From NCBI GenBank assembly GCA_016699955.1, contig CP064993.1:840001-872000 (forward strand): a stretch of DNA of 32,000 nucleotides, given 5' to 3'. The notes beneath the pieces were generated by a model. It was not told where the DNA came from and searched no databases. It worked only from the letters and a program-made list of their open reading frames with translations. Shown here one piece after another: positions 15,595 through 26,248 of the stretch; positions within the stretch are counted from its first letter, which is position 1; each line of letters starts with the position of its first letter. The stretch comes from Candidatus Saccharimonadota bacterium (GTDB taxonomy: Bacteria > Patescibacteriota > Saccharimonadia > Saccharimonadales > UBA4665). The position numbers and the translations under genes were made by a program.

Positions 15595-17301
15595 CTATTC
15601 CCATTCGATGGTGCCGGGGGGTTTGCTGGTGATGTCGTAGACGATGCGGTTAATGCCGCGGACTTCGCTTACGATACGGCTGGAGATTTTTGCGAGGAGT
15701 TCGTGTGGTAGCTTTGCCCAGTCGGCCGTCATGCCGTCGCTACTGCTTACGGCGCGTACTGCACAGACTTGCTCGTAGGTGCGGCCGTCGCCCATGACGC
15801 CGACCGATTTGATAGGAAGCAGTACCGCAAAGAACTGCCACACCTTCTCACGGTTTTCGCACCGGCTGTCCTGCTTGTCAGCAGAGCTGCCAACGTTGCC
15901 AGCCTCATCGGCGTCTACGCGTTTTTCCGCTGCGGTATTCACTTCACTGTATTTAGATACAGTTTGTTCCGTTCCTCGTGGAGAAAACGCACATTCGCTC
16001 GATGTGCAAAGCGCGTGAGCCTCTTGACTTTGATAGTAGTCAATCTCTTCGCGTACAATGGCGTCGGCTTTTTGCAGCAGGGTGACACGCTCGGCCGTCA
16101 CGTCACCAATGATTCGGATGGCGAGACCAGGTCCGGGAAACGGCTGTCGTTGTACCATTTTTTCTGGTAAACCAAGCTTGGCACCGAGCTCTCTTACTTC
16201 GTCTTTAAAAAGTTCGCGCAGGGGCTCAATGAGCTTGAGGTGCATTTTTTCAGGCAGGCCGCCTACATTATGGTGTGATTTTATAGTTACACTTGGGCCA
16301 TTGACTGACACACTCTCAATAACGTCTGGGTACAGTGTGCCCTGTACAAGAAACTTGACCTCCTGGCCGATGGCTTTGGCTTCGCGCTCAAAAATGGCAA
16401 TAAATTCTGCACCAATGATTTTGCGTTTTGTTTCTGGGTCATCGACATTTTTTAGTTTGTCGTAAAAATCTGTGGCAGCGCGGATGGGTTTAACATTGAG
16501 TCCAACGGATTTGTAGGCAGCAAGCACTTCTGAATATTCATTTTGCCGTAGTAAACCGGTATCTACAAATATGCAGGTTTGCTGCTTGCCAATCGCCTTA
16601 TCTACCAGTGTTGCGGCAACAGACGAGTCGACGCCACCGGAAAGCGCACAGACGACTTTGGCGTCGCCAACCGTCGCACGAATGTTTGCAACGGCTTGGT
16701 CAATTATGGATCCCGCCGACCAATCGCGCTTAAACCCACAGAGGTCAAAAAACCGTCCCAGAATAATTTTGCCATGTTGGCTGTGCGCAACTTCTGGGTG
16801 AAACTGTAGCCCAAACAAGCCTAAAGCGGCGTCTTCCATGGCACAGATGATGTCGCCGCTTTTGGCGGTAACAGTAAAGCCTTCGGGAGCGACCGCAACA
16901 TGATCGCCGTGGCTCATCCAGATAGTAGATCCATCCTCTTCCGCAGAAAAAAGCGAACTTTTTGCAGCGAGCTGAATATTTGCATTGCCATATTCCCGCG
17001 TTGTGCCTGGCTCAACCTTGCCACCAAGATTAAGTGCAAACAGCTGCATGCCGTAGCAAACGCCGAGAATCGGTACTTGCAGACTGAAAATGTCTGGGTT
17101 CAAGCCTGGTGCGTCTTTTTCATATACACTGTTGGGGCCGCCAGAAAGTACCACGCCTTTTGGTTGATATGCCTGTATTTCGTCGTAGCCGGCTCGAAAA
17201 GAAAGAATGACGCTGTATACGCCAAGTTCGCGCGCTTTTCGGGCAATAAGCTGTGTGTATTGACTGCCGTAATCAAGGATAACAAGTGTTTCCTGACTCA
17301 C
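15595..17301 (-). CDS. guaA: GMP synthase (glutamine-hydrolysing), with an internal insertion of about 55-60 aa
   Basis: GATase domain (GVCYGMQ, HPE), ATP-PPase SGGVDSSV, and C-terminal SVGVMGDGRTYE...KPPGTIEWE. It starts at a GTG that overlaps the guaB stop (GTGA). Confidence 0.95.
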   Translation of the reverse strand: MSQETLVILDYGSQYTQLIARKARELGVYSVILSFRAGYDEIQAYQPKGVVLSGGPNSVYEKDAPGLNPDIFSLQVPILGVCYGMQLFALNLGGKVEPGTTREYGNANIQLAAKSSLFSAEEDGSTIWMSHGDHVAVAPEGFTVTAKSGDIICAMEDAALGLFGLQFHPEVAHSQHGKIILGRFFDLCGFKRDWSAGSIIDQAVANIRATVGDAKVVCALSGGVDSSVAATLVDKAIGKQQTCIFVDTGLLRQNEYSEVLAAYKSVGLNVKPIRAATDFYDKLKNVDDPETKRKIIGAEFIAIFEREAKAIGQEVKFLVQGTLYPDVIESVSVNGPSVTIKSHHNVGGLPEKMHLKLIEPLRELFKDEVRELGAKLGLPEKMVQRQPFPGPGLAIRIIGDVTAERVTLLQKADAIVREEIDYYQSQEAHALCTSSECAFSPRGTEQTVSKYSEVNTAAEKRVDADEAGNVGSSADKQDSRCENREKVWQFFAVLLPIKSVGVMGDGRTYEQVCAVRAVSSSDGMTADWAKLPHELLAKISSRIVSEVRGINRIVYDITSKPPGTIEWE

Positions 17302-18428
17302 TGGTAATTACCGCCGTCGTTGGTAATGAATAGGTCGTGAGGGTGGCTCTCCGCCAGGGATGCTTGTGTGATTTGTACAAATTCTGCGCTTTCCCACAGC
17401 TCGGCGATAGTTTTTGCGCCAACGTAGTACATACCACTATATATGCCTCCCATCCACATATCTATGAAGGCTTTTACCGTGCTCTTGCAAGGGACTAGCC
17501 CTTCCACGCCTTCTGCAACCAGTACCTCGCCGGTGAAACTTTTGCCGTGGAATTCATCTTCCGAACTTATCTCGAGGCCTTTTTTCATAGCGCCAATCGA
17601 ACCCATCCCGCGGTATGCCTTGAAGGCGTAATCGTCCGAACCATCCAGAATGCTCCGGAAACGAGACGGTACTTGGTCTGCTTTGATACGTGTGATTTCA
17701 CCGGGAGATTCCTCGGTGGCGGCAAATAAGCTTCCCGTCATGATGGTTGATGCGCCTGCAGCCAGCGCCTTGACGACATCTCCGGAGTTTACGAGGCCGC
17801 CGTCAGCCACGACTGGCACGCCGGCTTTGAGCGCAACTGGCTTGATTTCGAGTAAGGCTGACAGCTGGGGTACACCCATACCGGAGACAATGCGGGTAGA
17901 ACAGATGGCGCCAGGGCCCATGCCGACACGGAGCGCATCGGCACCAGCATCAATCAGCGCTTGGGCGCCGTCGGCCGTTGCAACATTTCCTGCCATGACC
18001 TCAACATCGTAGTGTGCTTTTATATATTTTACGGTTTCAATAACTTTCTTGGCGTAGCCGTGAGCAGAGTCAACCACTATGACGTCGACGCCTGCCGCTA
18101 GCAGCGCTCCTACTCGGGACTCATAGCCGGGGCTGCTTCCTACGGCGGCACCGACAATCTGGCCGGCGTCTTTGACGGCTTTGACCTCAGCAGCTTGCTG
18201 CGCAATGGTGAGATTACGGTGGATGATGCCTACCCCGCCCTGTTCGGCGAGTGCGATTGCGAGACGAGCTTCGGTAACTGTGTCCATTGGCGCAGACACA
18301 AAAGGCGCTTTGAGCGCCAATTTTTTTGTAAGTTTCGTTTCTAGGTTAATGTCTGCTCGGTCGAAACCGGAGTATCCCGGACGAAGGAGCACGTCGTTAA
18401 ATGTGAGTGAAAGTGAAAATTGTTCCAT
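17298..18428 (-). CDS. guaB: IMP dehydrogenase, short form lacking the CBS (Bateman) subdomain
   Basis: [25 protein letters not shown], catalytic loop [19 protein letters not shown]. Only a 4-residue linker (DAGQ) sits where the CBS pair normally is. It is translationally coupled to guaA. Confidence 0.88.
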   Translation of the reverse strand: MEQFSLSLTFNDVLLRPGYSGFDRADINLETKLTKKLALKAPFVSAPMDTVTEARLAIALAEQGGVGIIHRNLTIAQQAAEVKAVKDAGQIVGAAVGSSPGYESRVGALLAAGVDVIVVDSAHGYAKKVIETVKYIKAHYDVEVMAGNVATADGAQALIDAGADALRVGMGPGAICSTRIVSGMGVPQLSALLEIKPVALKAGVPVVADGGLVNSGDVVKALAAGASTIMTGSLFAATEESPGEITRIKADQVPSRFRSILDGSDDYAFKAYRGMGSIGAMKKGLEISSEDEFHGKSFTGEVLVAEGVEGLVPCKSTVKAFIDMWMGGIYSGMYYVGAKTIAELWESAEFVQITQASLAESHPHDLFITNDGGNYQ

Positions 18429-18433
18429 GTCTC

Positions 18434-18462
18434 ATTCTACCGCACTACAACTATCCTGCCAA
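18434..18462 (-). promoter_or_regulatory. guaBA promoter
   Basis: On the minus strand TTGGCA, 17 nt, TAGAAT. The ATG follows 5 nt later and there is no SD. Confidence 0.5.
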
Positions 18463-18680
18463 GACTGTCTGTCACGCACATCGCATCAGCCAGCCTGCTC
18501 AGCCGGCAGAGCCGTCAAGCACTGCTGGCTTCTTTAATCTCCTGCACATTTTTCCCCTCCAGTACTCCCTCGCCGTACCGTAAGTACGGCTCCTTCCGTG
18601 CTTCGAGGAGAAAATGTGCATGAGTTCAAAGTGCGAAGTGCGTGTCTGTGAGAAATATTACAATATTGTGGTAGGAACTG

Positions 18681-18710
18681 TTTACAGCCTGTGGGGGCCT
18701 CTGTTACAAT
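18681..18710 (+). promoter_or_regulatory. atp operon promoter
   Basis: TTTACA, 18 nt, TACAAT. The ATG of the first atp gene follows 8 nt later. Confidence 0.55.
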
Positions 18711-18718
18711 AAAACGCA

Positions 18719-18991
18719 ATGGCGGAAACTCCTATAACCACGCCTGGTTCTGGCAAGGCGCGTTCCTCTAGTGTGACGAACGCTGTACTGCTGGATATGG
18801 CAGATACTACTTGGCGACTCTTTATTCCAACGGTCGGCCTGCTGCTAGTGGGTCGCCACTTTGATCTTAAATTTGGCACCAAGCCGTGGCTTATGCTGGT
18901 CGGTGTGGGTGTCGGCGCGCTCGTTGCGGCCGTGCTTATTCGCCGTCAAATGAAACCAGAAGATCAGGAAAGCGGAGGTGCCATAAAATGA
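18719..18991 (+). CDS. atpZ: AtpZ/AtpI-family small membrane protein
   Basis: 90 aa in first position of the atp operon. The motif D.KFGTKPW is followed by a Gly-rich TM helix. ATGA overlap with atpB. Confidence 0.6.
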   Translation: MAETPITTPGSGKARSSSVTNAVLLDMADTTWRLFIPTVGLLLVGRHFDLKFGTKPWLMLVGVGVGALVAAVLIRRQMKPEDQESGGAIK

Positions 18992-19809
18992 CACCTCATT
19001 TTTTTGCCTCTGAGAAGCTCAATATCGTCTTGCCGACAGAAGCTATTTTTCACATTGGCCCTATGCCTATTACAAACGCTATGCTGCTGGGCGGATTTAG
19101 CGTTGCCTTACTGCTCGGGATGTTTTTCTATACCGCTTCTATGGTAAAAAAAGGCCGCACAAATCGCTTTGTCGGACTGGTGCAGTGGGCATTTGAAGGG
19201 ATGTACAAAGCAGTGTATGACATTGTGCCAGACCGCGTCATGGCGCGCAGCATTGCACCGCTGGCACTGACCATTTTCTTTACAGTACTCATTTCCTACT
19301 GGGCAGACATATTACCGGGTGTGGGTCATTCCGTGAGCTGGCACGGCGCTGAGCTGCTTCGCTCGTTGCCGACCGATTTGAACTTTACCATCGCACTAGC
19401 AATAACATCTATGGTCACCGTGCAGTACTACGCCGTGAAACAGCACGGCTTTATTGGCAATGCCAGGCGCTACCTGGTAAGCCCGCTCAAGAACCCAATC
19501 GGAGCTTTCGAGGGTTTTCTTGAACTGATCGGCGAATTCTCACGACTGATTGCGCTTAGTTTGCGACTATTTGGTAATGCCTTCGCAGGCGCTGCTTTGC
19601 TGGCGATTGTCGCCGGGCTGGCTTCATATGCCGCTTCGGCAGTCCTGCCGTTTTTCATGGCATTTGAGCTGTTTATCGGCTTTATTCAGGCCTATGTGTT
19701 TTATGTTTTGACGCTTATTTTTGCTAGCCTTGCCACCGCCAGCCATGGTGGCTCACATGATTCTGCTCATGACTCGGTAAACCAAAGAGAGGTAGCTACC
19801 GCGCAATGA
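18988..19809 (+). CDS. atpB: F0F1 ATP synthase subunit a
   Basis: The conserved LSLRLFGN(A/M)FAG arginine motif is present as IALSLRLFGNAFAG. GGAGG lies 10 nt upstream of ATG 18988. The ORF-track start at 18886 would overlap atpZ. Confidence 0.9.
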   Translation: MTPHFFASEKLNIVLPTEAIFHIGPMPITNAMLLGGFSVALLLGMFFYTASMVKKGRTNRFVGLVQWAFEGMYKAVYDIVPDRVMARSIAPLALTIFFTVLISYWADILPGVGHSVSWHGAELLRSLPTDLNFTIALAITSMVTVQYYAVKQHGFIGNARRYLVSPLKNPIGAFEGFLELIGEFSRLIALSLRLFGNAFAGAALLAIVAGLASYAASAVLPFFMAFELFIGFIQAYVFYVLTLIFASLATASHGGSHDSAHDSVNQREVATAQ

Positions 19810-19822
19810 GGTAAAAACAGGT

Positions 19823-19897
19823 GTCATCCTGAGCGAAGTCGAAGTATTTTCCAAAGTTAAATAACAGAGAAGATTCTTCCATTTCGGTCGGAATGAC
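19823..19897. repeat. Imperfect inverted repeat in the atpB-atpE gap
   Basis: GTCATCCTGAGCGAAGTCGAAGTAT (plus strand) faces GTCATTCCGACCGAAATGGAAGAAT (minus strand) across a loop of about 20 nt. Confidence 0.6.
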
Positions 19898-19941
19898 AGA
19901 AACCATATACAATCAACCAAGTTAAATAAGGAGAAATATCA

Positions 19942-20151
19942 ATGGAAAATCTAGCATTTGCACTTGCCTACGCGCTTCCAGCTCTTGGAGCAGCGATGGG
20001 TGTGGGACTTATCGGTAAGGGTGCATTGGGTGCGGCTGGCCGCAATCCAGAAAAAATTGGTGAGTTGCGCACACTCATGATTACCGCCATCGTCTTTGCC
20101 GACTCACTGGCCATCATAGGTATCATTGTGGGCTTTTTGGCGAAGGGTTAG
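19942..20151 (+). CDS. atpE: F0F1 ATP synthase subunit c
   Basis: 69-aa hairpin proteolipid with Gly-rich helix 1 (GVGLIGKGALGAAGRNPE) and a helix-2 carboxylate in FADSLAIIG. AGGAG is upstream. Confidence 0.9.
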   Translation: MENLAFALAYALPALGAAMGVGLIGKGALGAAGRNPEKIGELRTLMITAIVFADSLAIIGIIVGFLAKG

Positions 20152-20189
20152 GGGTTGAACGTTAGACGTTTGACGTTAGGAAAAACCAA

Positions 20190-20744
20190 GTGATACATAC
20201 ATTATTTACACAATTTGCAAGTGAAGTGGCGCAGGCAGAAGAAGCGACGAATCCAGTGAAAGCACTCGGCATTGACGTTAAGCTACTCGTTTTCCAAATA
20301 ATAGCCTTTGCGCTGCTGACATGGTTGCTCAGCAAGTACGTTTTTCCAGTGCTTATGAAAGCGGTCGACGAGCGGCAGAAGCGAATTGACGAAGGCAACG
20401 TCGCTGCCGCAGAGGCAGCAAAGCAAGCCGCTGCTACTGAAGAGAAAATGACGGTAATTTTGAAAAAGGCTCGCGCCGAAGCTTCAGATATTGTGGCAAC
20501 GGCTAAAGCTGAGGCGTCTGGGATGCTGACGAAGAGTGAAGAAAAGTCGAAGGTACAGGCTGAGCGTATTGTCGCTGCCGCACACGAGTCGATTGAAAAA
20601 GACGTATTAGCCGCCAAAAAAGCGCTTCACAATGAAACGATAGAGCTGGTTGCGCTTGCGACTGAAAAAGTTGTTGGTAAAACCGTGACTGATCAAGTTG
20701 ACAAGAAAATCATTAGCGAATCTCTCAAAGAGGTAAACAAGTGA
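20190..20744 (+). CDS. atpF: F0F1 ATP synthase subunit b
   Basis: One N-terminal TM helix followed by a long Ala/Glu/Lys-rich helix. Position in the operon supports the call. GTG start. Confidence 0.85.
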   Translation: MIHTLFTQFASEVAQAEEATNPVKALGIDVKLLVFQIIAFALLTWLLSKYVFPVLMKAVDERQKRIDEGNVAAAEAAKQAAATEEKMTVILKKARAEASDIVATAKAEASGMLTKSEEKSKVQAERIVAAAHESIEKDVLAAKKALHNETIELVALATEKVVGKTVTDQVDKKIISESLKEVNK

Positions 20745-20841
20745 GAGTCAACGCTCAAAAGTCAGTAGCCGAGGGGCAGTTGTCAACGTGCCAAGCACAT
20801 GACTTACGTTTCGTGACTCTAGAAATTCGGAGTGTCTGCTG

Positions 20842-21225
20842 ATGCAAGCAAGACTGAGCCGCCGCAAGATAGCTACCTATGTGGCTTCACAGGCACAAAA
20901 TGGCGTGGTACCGGAGCATGTCGTAGAGGAGGTTGCTGCCTACCTTATGGAATCGCGCCGTGTGCGCGAGCTGCCACTGGTTGTAAGGGCTATCGAAGAT
21001 GCCCTGGCAGACCGCGGTGTTGTGGTAGCAACTATCACTTCGGCTCGCCCGCTGGATGATGCCCTCCGCGCAGCAGTTCGAGAGCAAACTGGCGGTACAG
21101 AAGTACACCTTCGTGAAATAATTGACCCTCGTGTGTTAGGCGGAATACGCTTGCAAACACCTGATGCGTCATATGATGGAACAGTGCAAAATAAACTACA
21201 GGCCTTACGCGCCGTGAAACTATAG
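20842..21225 (+). CDS. atpH: F0F1 ATP synthase subunit delta (short, 127 aa)
   Basis: The operon position and the C-terminal motif [26 protein letters not shown] match OSCP/delta. GGAG lies 10 nt upstream. An in-frame stop at 20800 excludes a longer N-terminus. Confidence 0.75.
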   Translation: MQARLSRRKIATYVASQAQNGVVPEHVVEEVAAYLMESRRVRELPLVVRAIEDALADRGVVVATITSARPLDDALRAAVREQTGGTEVHLREIIDPRVLGGIRLQTPDASYDGTVQNKLQALRAVKL

Positions 21226-21239
21226 GAAGGAAGACAACA

Positions 21240-22775
21240 GTGGCAGACATAGCAGTGACAGAAGTATCAAAAGGTCTCCGAGACGCCATTGCGCGTTTGG
21301 AGAGTGGTGAAAATATGGAATCGACCGGCGTGGTGACTCGCGTGGGTGACGGTGTGGCGTGGGTGCATGGCTTGCGCGACGCTGGGTACGCCGAAGTGCT
21401 GGAAATTCAGACCAAAAACGGTGTTGTTGAGGCTTTTGCGCTCAACCTTATGGAAGATGAAATTGGCGCAGTTTTGCTTGGTAGCGACAAAAATGTTGTC
21501 GCAGGCAGTGCGGTGAAATTGAAAGGCACAGTGCTGGAGGTTCCAGTTGGGCCAGAGCTGCTTGGCCGCGTGGTGAATCCGCTTGGTCAGCCAATGGACG
21601 GTGGACCGGCCATAAAGGCTAAAGAAACTGGTCGCGTCGAGCGCGCGGCTATTGGAGTAATGGGCCGCAAAGGTGTCCACGAGCCACTGATGACGGGAGT
21701 TATGTCTATAGATGCTATGTTCCCGATTGGTCGCGGACAGCGCGAGCTTATCATTGGTGACCGTCAAACTGGTAAAACGGCTATTACACTTGACACCATG
21801 ATTAACCAAGGAAAGCAGAAGACTGGTGTGGTCAACATTTACGTTGCTGTTGGCCAAAAACTTTCCAAAGTTGCTCGGCTTGTGGAGCGGCTGAAGCAAG
21901 AAGGCGTTATGGATCAAACCATTGTGGTGGCAACAAGTCCAAGTGACCCTGCCTCTCTGCTGTATCTTGCCCCGTACGCTGGCGCCGCCATGGGCGAATG
22001 GTTCCGTGATAACGCCAAGCACGCCCTCATCATTTACGATGACCTTACAAAACACGCCGTTGCTTACCGCCAGATGTCCTTGCTCCTGCGCCGCCCACCG
22101 GGTCGCGAAGCCTTTCCTGGGGATGTGTTTTACTTGCATTCACGCCTACTCGAACGTGCGGCTAAGCTCAATGATGATTTGGGCGCCGGTTCGCTAACAG
22201 CCTTGCCTATTATTGAAACGCAAGCCGGTGATATTTCTGCGTATATTCCAACTAATGTTATTTCCATCACTGACGGTCAGATTTTCATGGAAACGGATCT
22301 CTTCTATCAGGGTATACGGCCGGCAATATCGGCAGGACTTTCAGTGTCACGCGTTGGTGGTGCAGCCCAGACAAAAGCGGTTAAATCGGTTGCGGGTGGT
22401 CTAAAACTTGGCCTCAGCCAGTTCCGCGAGCTTGCAGCTTTTGCCCAGTTTGGTTCAGACCTCGACGATGCCACGAAAAAACAGATTGAACGCGGCCAAC
22501 GCCTGACAGAGTTGCTCAAGCAGCCACAGTACAGCCCACTTGGCATATGGGAACAAGTTGCCTCCATTTTTGCTGTCAACGAAGGTCATTTTGACCGCGT
22601 GCCCCGCGAGAAAATCAAAGATGCCCAAGCTGCTTTGCTAGCCAAGCTCGCTAAAGAACATGGCAAAGAAATGGACGCCTTAAACACAGGGGCTGAAAAA
22701 GTTGAGTCTAGTGGCCCAACCGGAAAGCTTTTGGCGAAAGTTGCCGATGCAGCCGCGAAAGGGTTTGAGGGCTAG
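21240..22775 (+). CDS. atpA: F0F1 ATP synthase subunit alpha
   Basis: GDRQTGKT P-loop, [32 protein letters not shown]. Confidence 0.97.
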   Translation: MADIAVTEVSKGLRDAIARLESGENMESTGVVTRVGDGVAWVHGLRDAGYAEVLEIQTKNGVVEAFALNLMEDEIGAVLLGSDKNVVAGSAVKLKGTVLEVPVGPELLGRVVNPLGQPMDGGPAIKAKETGRVERAAIGVMGRKGVHEPLMTGVMSIDAMFPIGRGQRELIIGDRQTGKTAITLDTMINQGKQKTGVVNIYVAVGQKLSKVARLVERLKQEGVMDQTIVVATSPSDPASLLYLAPYAGAAMGEWFRDNAKHALIIYDDLTKHAVAYRQMSLLLRRPPGREAFPGDVFYLHSRLLERAAKLNDDLGAGSLTALPIIETQAGDISAYIPTNVISITDGQIFMETDLFYQGIRPAISAGLSVSRVGGAAQTKAVKSVAGGLKLGLSQFRELAAFAQFGSDLDDATKKQIERGQRLTELLKQPQYSPLGIWEQVASIFAVNEGHFDRVPREKIKDAQAALLAKLAKEHGKEMDALNTGAEKVESSGPTGKLLAKVADAAAKGFEG

Positions 22776-22873
22776 CATGAATCATGAATCTGGAATCATG
22801 AACTGGGTACGTGAGACTGTCATTCGCAGTGCGGCTAGTTTGTACTTCTTGATTCCGCGACGGGTGGTTACCA

Positions 22874-25128
<2,255 letters not shown>

Positions 25129-25179
25129 TCGCATGCTACAAGCTACATGCTACAAGCTACTACGTGAACGGAGTGAACG

Positions 25180-25605
25180 ATGAAACTACGTTTAGTCACT
25201 TTAACTGGAACAAAAGTAGATGAAGACGTTTACGAAGTGATGCTGCCGACAGCTGCCGGAGATATTGCGGTTTTTCCTGACCATGAGCCCCTTGTCACGG
25301 TTGCGGTGCCCGGTGTTATTTCTGTGCGCCGCAAAGCGACAGACAGTGATGACTTGTTGGAGGTTTACGCGGTTACGGGCGGTGTTATAGAAATTGACGG
25401 CAAAATTGTCAATGTTCTTGTAGATGACGCTGACCATAGTTCTGAGATTACCGAAGCAGAAGCCAAAGAAGCGCTAGAGCGTGCTCTCAAACTTCAAGCA
25501 TCGGCAACAAATCAGGTAGAACTTGAAAAAGCCCATCAGCTGGTTGACCGCCACCTGGTTCGGCTCAAAGTTGCCGACCTCCATCGCCGCCACCGCCGCG
25601 GCTAG
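25180..25605 (+). CDS. atpC: F0F1 ATP synthase subunit epsilon
   Basis: 141 aa in last position of the operon. It has the N-terminal beta-sandwich pattern (LVTL.G....V..V.LPTAAGDI.V...H.P) and a C-terminal helical region. Confidence 0.88.
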   Translation: MKLRLVTLTGTKVDEDVYEVMLPTAAGDIAVFPDHEPLVTVAVPGVISVRRKATDSDDLLEVYAVTGGVIEIDGKIVNVLVDDADHSSEITEAEAKEALERALKLQASATNQVELEKAHQLVDRHLVRLKVADLHRRHRRG

Positions 25606-25838
25606 ATGAGCGGATGCTAATATTTTATTACAGCAACTCTGTAAGTGATGAGTTCAGTCATGCCATTTGATGAGTGGCAAGCAACGTGGATCGATCCGGG
25701 GGATGCGTTGAGTTTGGTTCAGTACTCTGTGGGGGGATGGGATTGATCGAAGTATTGCACAAGAAATAAGCGTAAGCCTATGACTGCCCTGCCTGCTAAG
25801 CTATACAGATGTAGCAGCTACGGCAGGTATGCTAAACC

Positions 25839-26114
25839 TTAGTGCTCCACAAATATTGCTTCAACCTGTGCTACGGCTGCTTCCGCCCGTATTACTGCTA
25901 TTGCTACCGCAGCGCCAGTCATGAATGCAGCCTCAGGGCTGAGGTAGCCACTGTTTGGTTGTTGATATAACGATCTGGCAGTTTTTTGAAGAGCTTGTAA
26001 TACTGGGGGCGGTAGGCTCCGTAAAGTTTGCTCCATAAATGCAGCGTCACCCACTAAACCGCATCTTAAAACGGTGTCTGCACCAGGTGCTCTATCTTTA
26101 CCTGATTCCATCAT
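25839..26114 (-). CDS. Hypothetical protein (91 aa)
   Basis: ORF with promoter-like CTGGCA, 17 nt, TATAGT (26122-26150) ending 7 nt before the ATG. No family motif is recognised. Confidence 0.4.
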   Translation of the reverse strand: MMESGKDRAPGADTVLRCGLVGDAAFMEQTLRSLPPPVLQALQKTARSLYQQPNSGYLSPEAAFMTGAAVAIAVIRAEAAVAQVEAIFVEH

Positions 26115-26248
26115 AATTCTTACTATAACTGTTATGTGTTTTGGTGCCAGTGATTATTCTTACTGCACGGCATATTTACATATATAGACAAAAGTTTGTC
26201 AACGAGGTACCATAGGTGGAGTTTTTGTGATATATATTACATGTAAAC

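Noticed and set aside
18429-18680. Purine/guanine or other riboswitch in a guaB 5' leader.
   Set aside because: A good promoter (TTGGCA-17-TAGAAT) ends 5 nt before the guaB ATG, leaving no leader. On the minus strand the structured region lacks the purine-riboswitch core (no U-rich junctions with the conserved loop-loop motifs) and has no terminator U-run.
18886-18987. N-terminal extensions suggested by the ORF track for atpB (18886), the GT2 (10779), the S51 peptidase (2656), the nuclease (12268), aph (5835) and atpD (23752).
   Set aside because: The extensions overlap neighbouring genes or begin at GTG or TTG codons. The internal ATG (a GTG for the GT2) gives the N-terminus typical of the family. 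For atpB, aph and atpD it is preceded by a GGAG-type SD, and for the peptidase and the nuclease by a -10 box 7-8 nt upstream. The GT2 GTG has neither a clear SD nor a strong -10, so its start remains uncertain.
21267-22139. 290-aa ORF antisense to atpA. Similar antisense ORFs occur at 20162-20617 (atpF), 23838-24257 (atpD), 15769-16465, 16571-16809 and 16900-17307 (guaA), and 17443-18537 (guaB).
   Set aside because: Each lies entirely inside a strongly supported conserved gene on the other strand. They have low-complexity or biased composition mirroring the sense codons, and no start signals or family motifs. These are typical shadow ORFs.
25666-25752. 28-codon ORF (MPFDEWQATWIDPGDALSLVQYSVGGWD*) in the atpC downstream spacer.
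   Set aside because: There is no SD and no -10 box at leaderless distance. It is too short to evaluate without conservation data.
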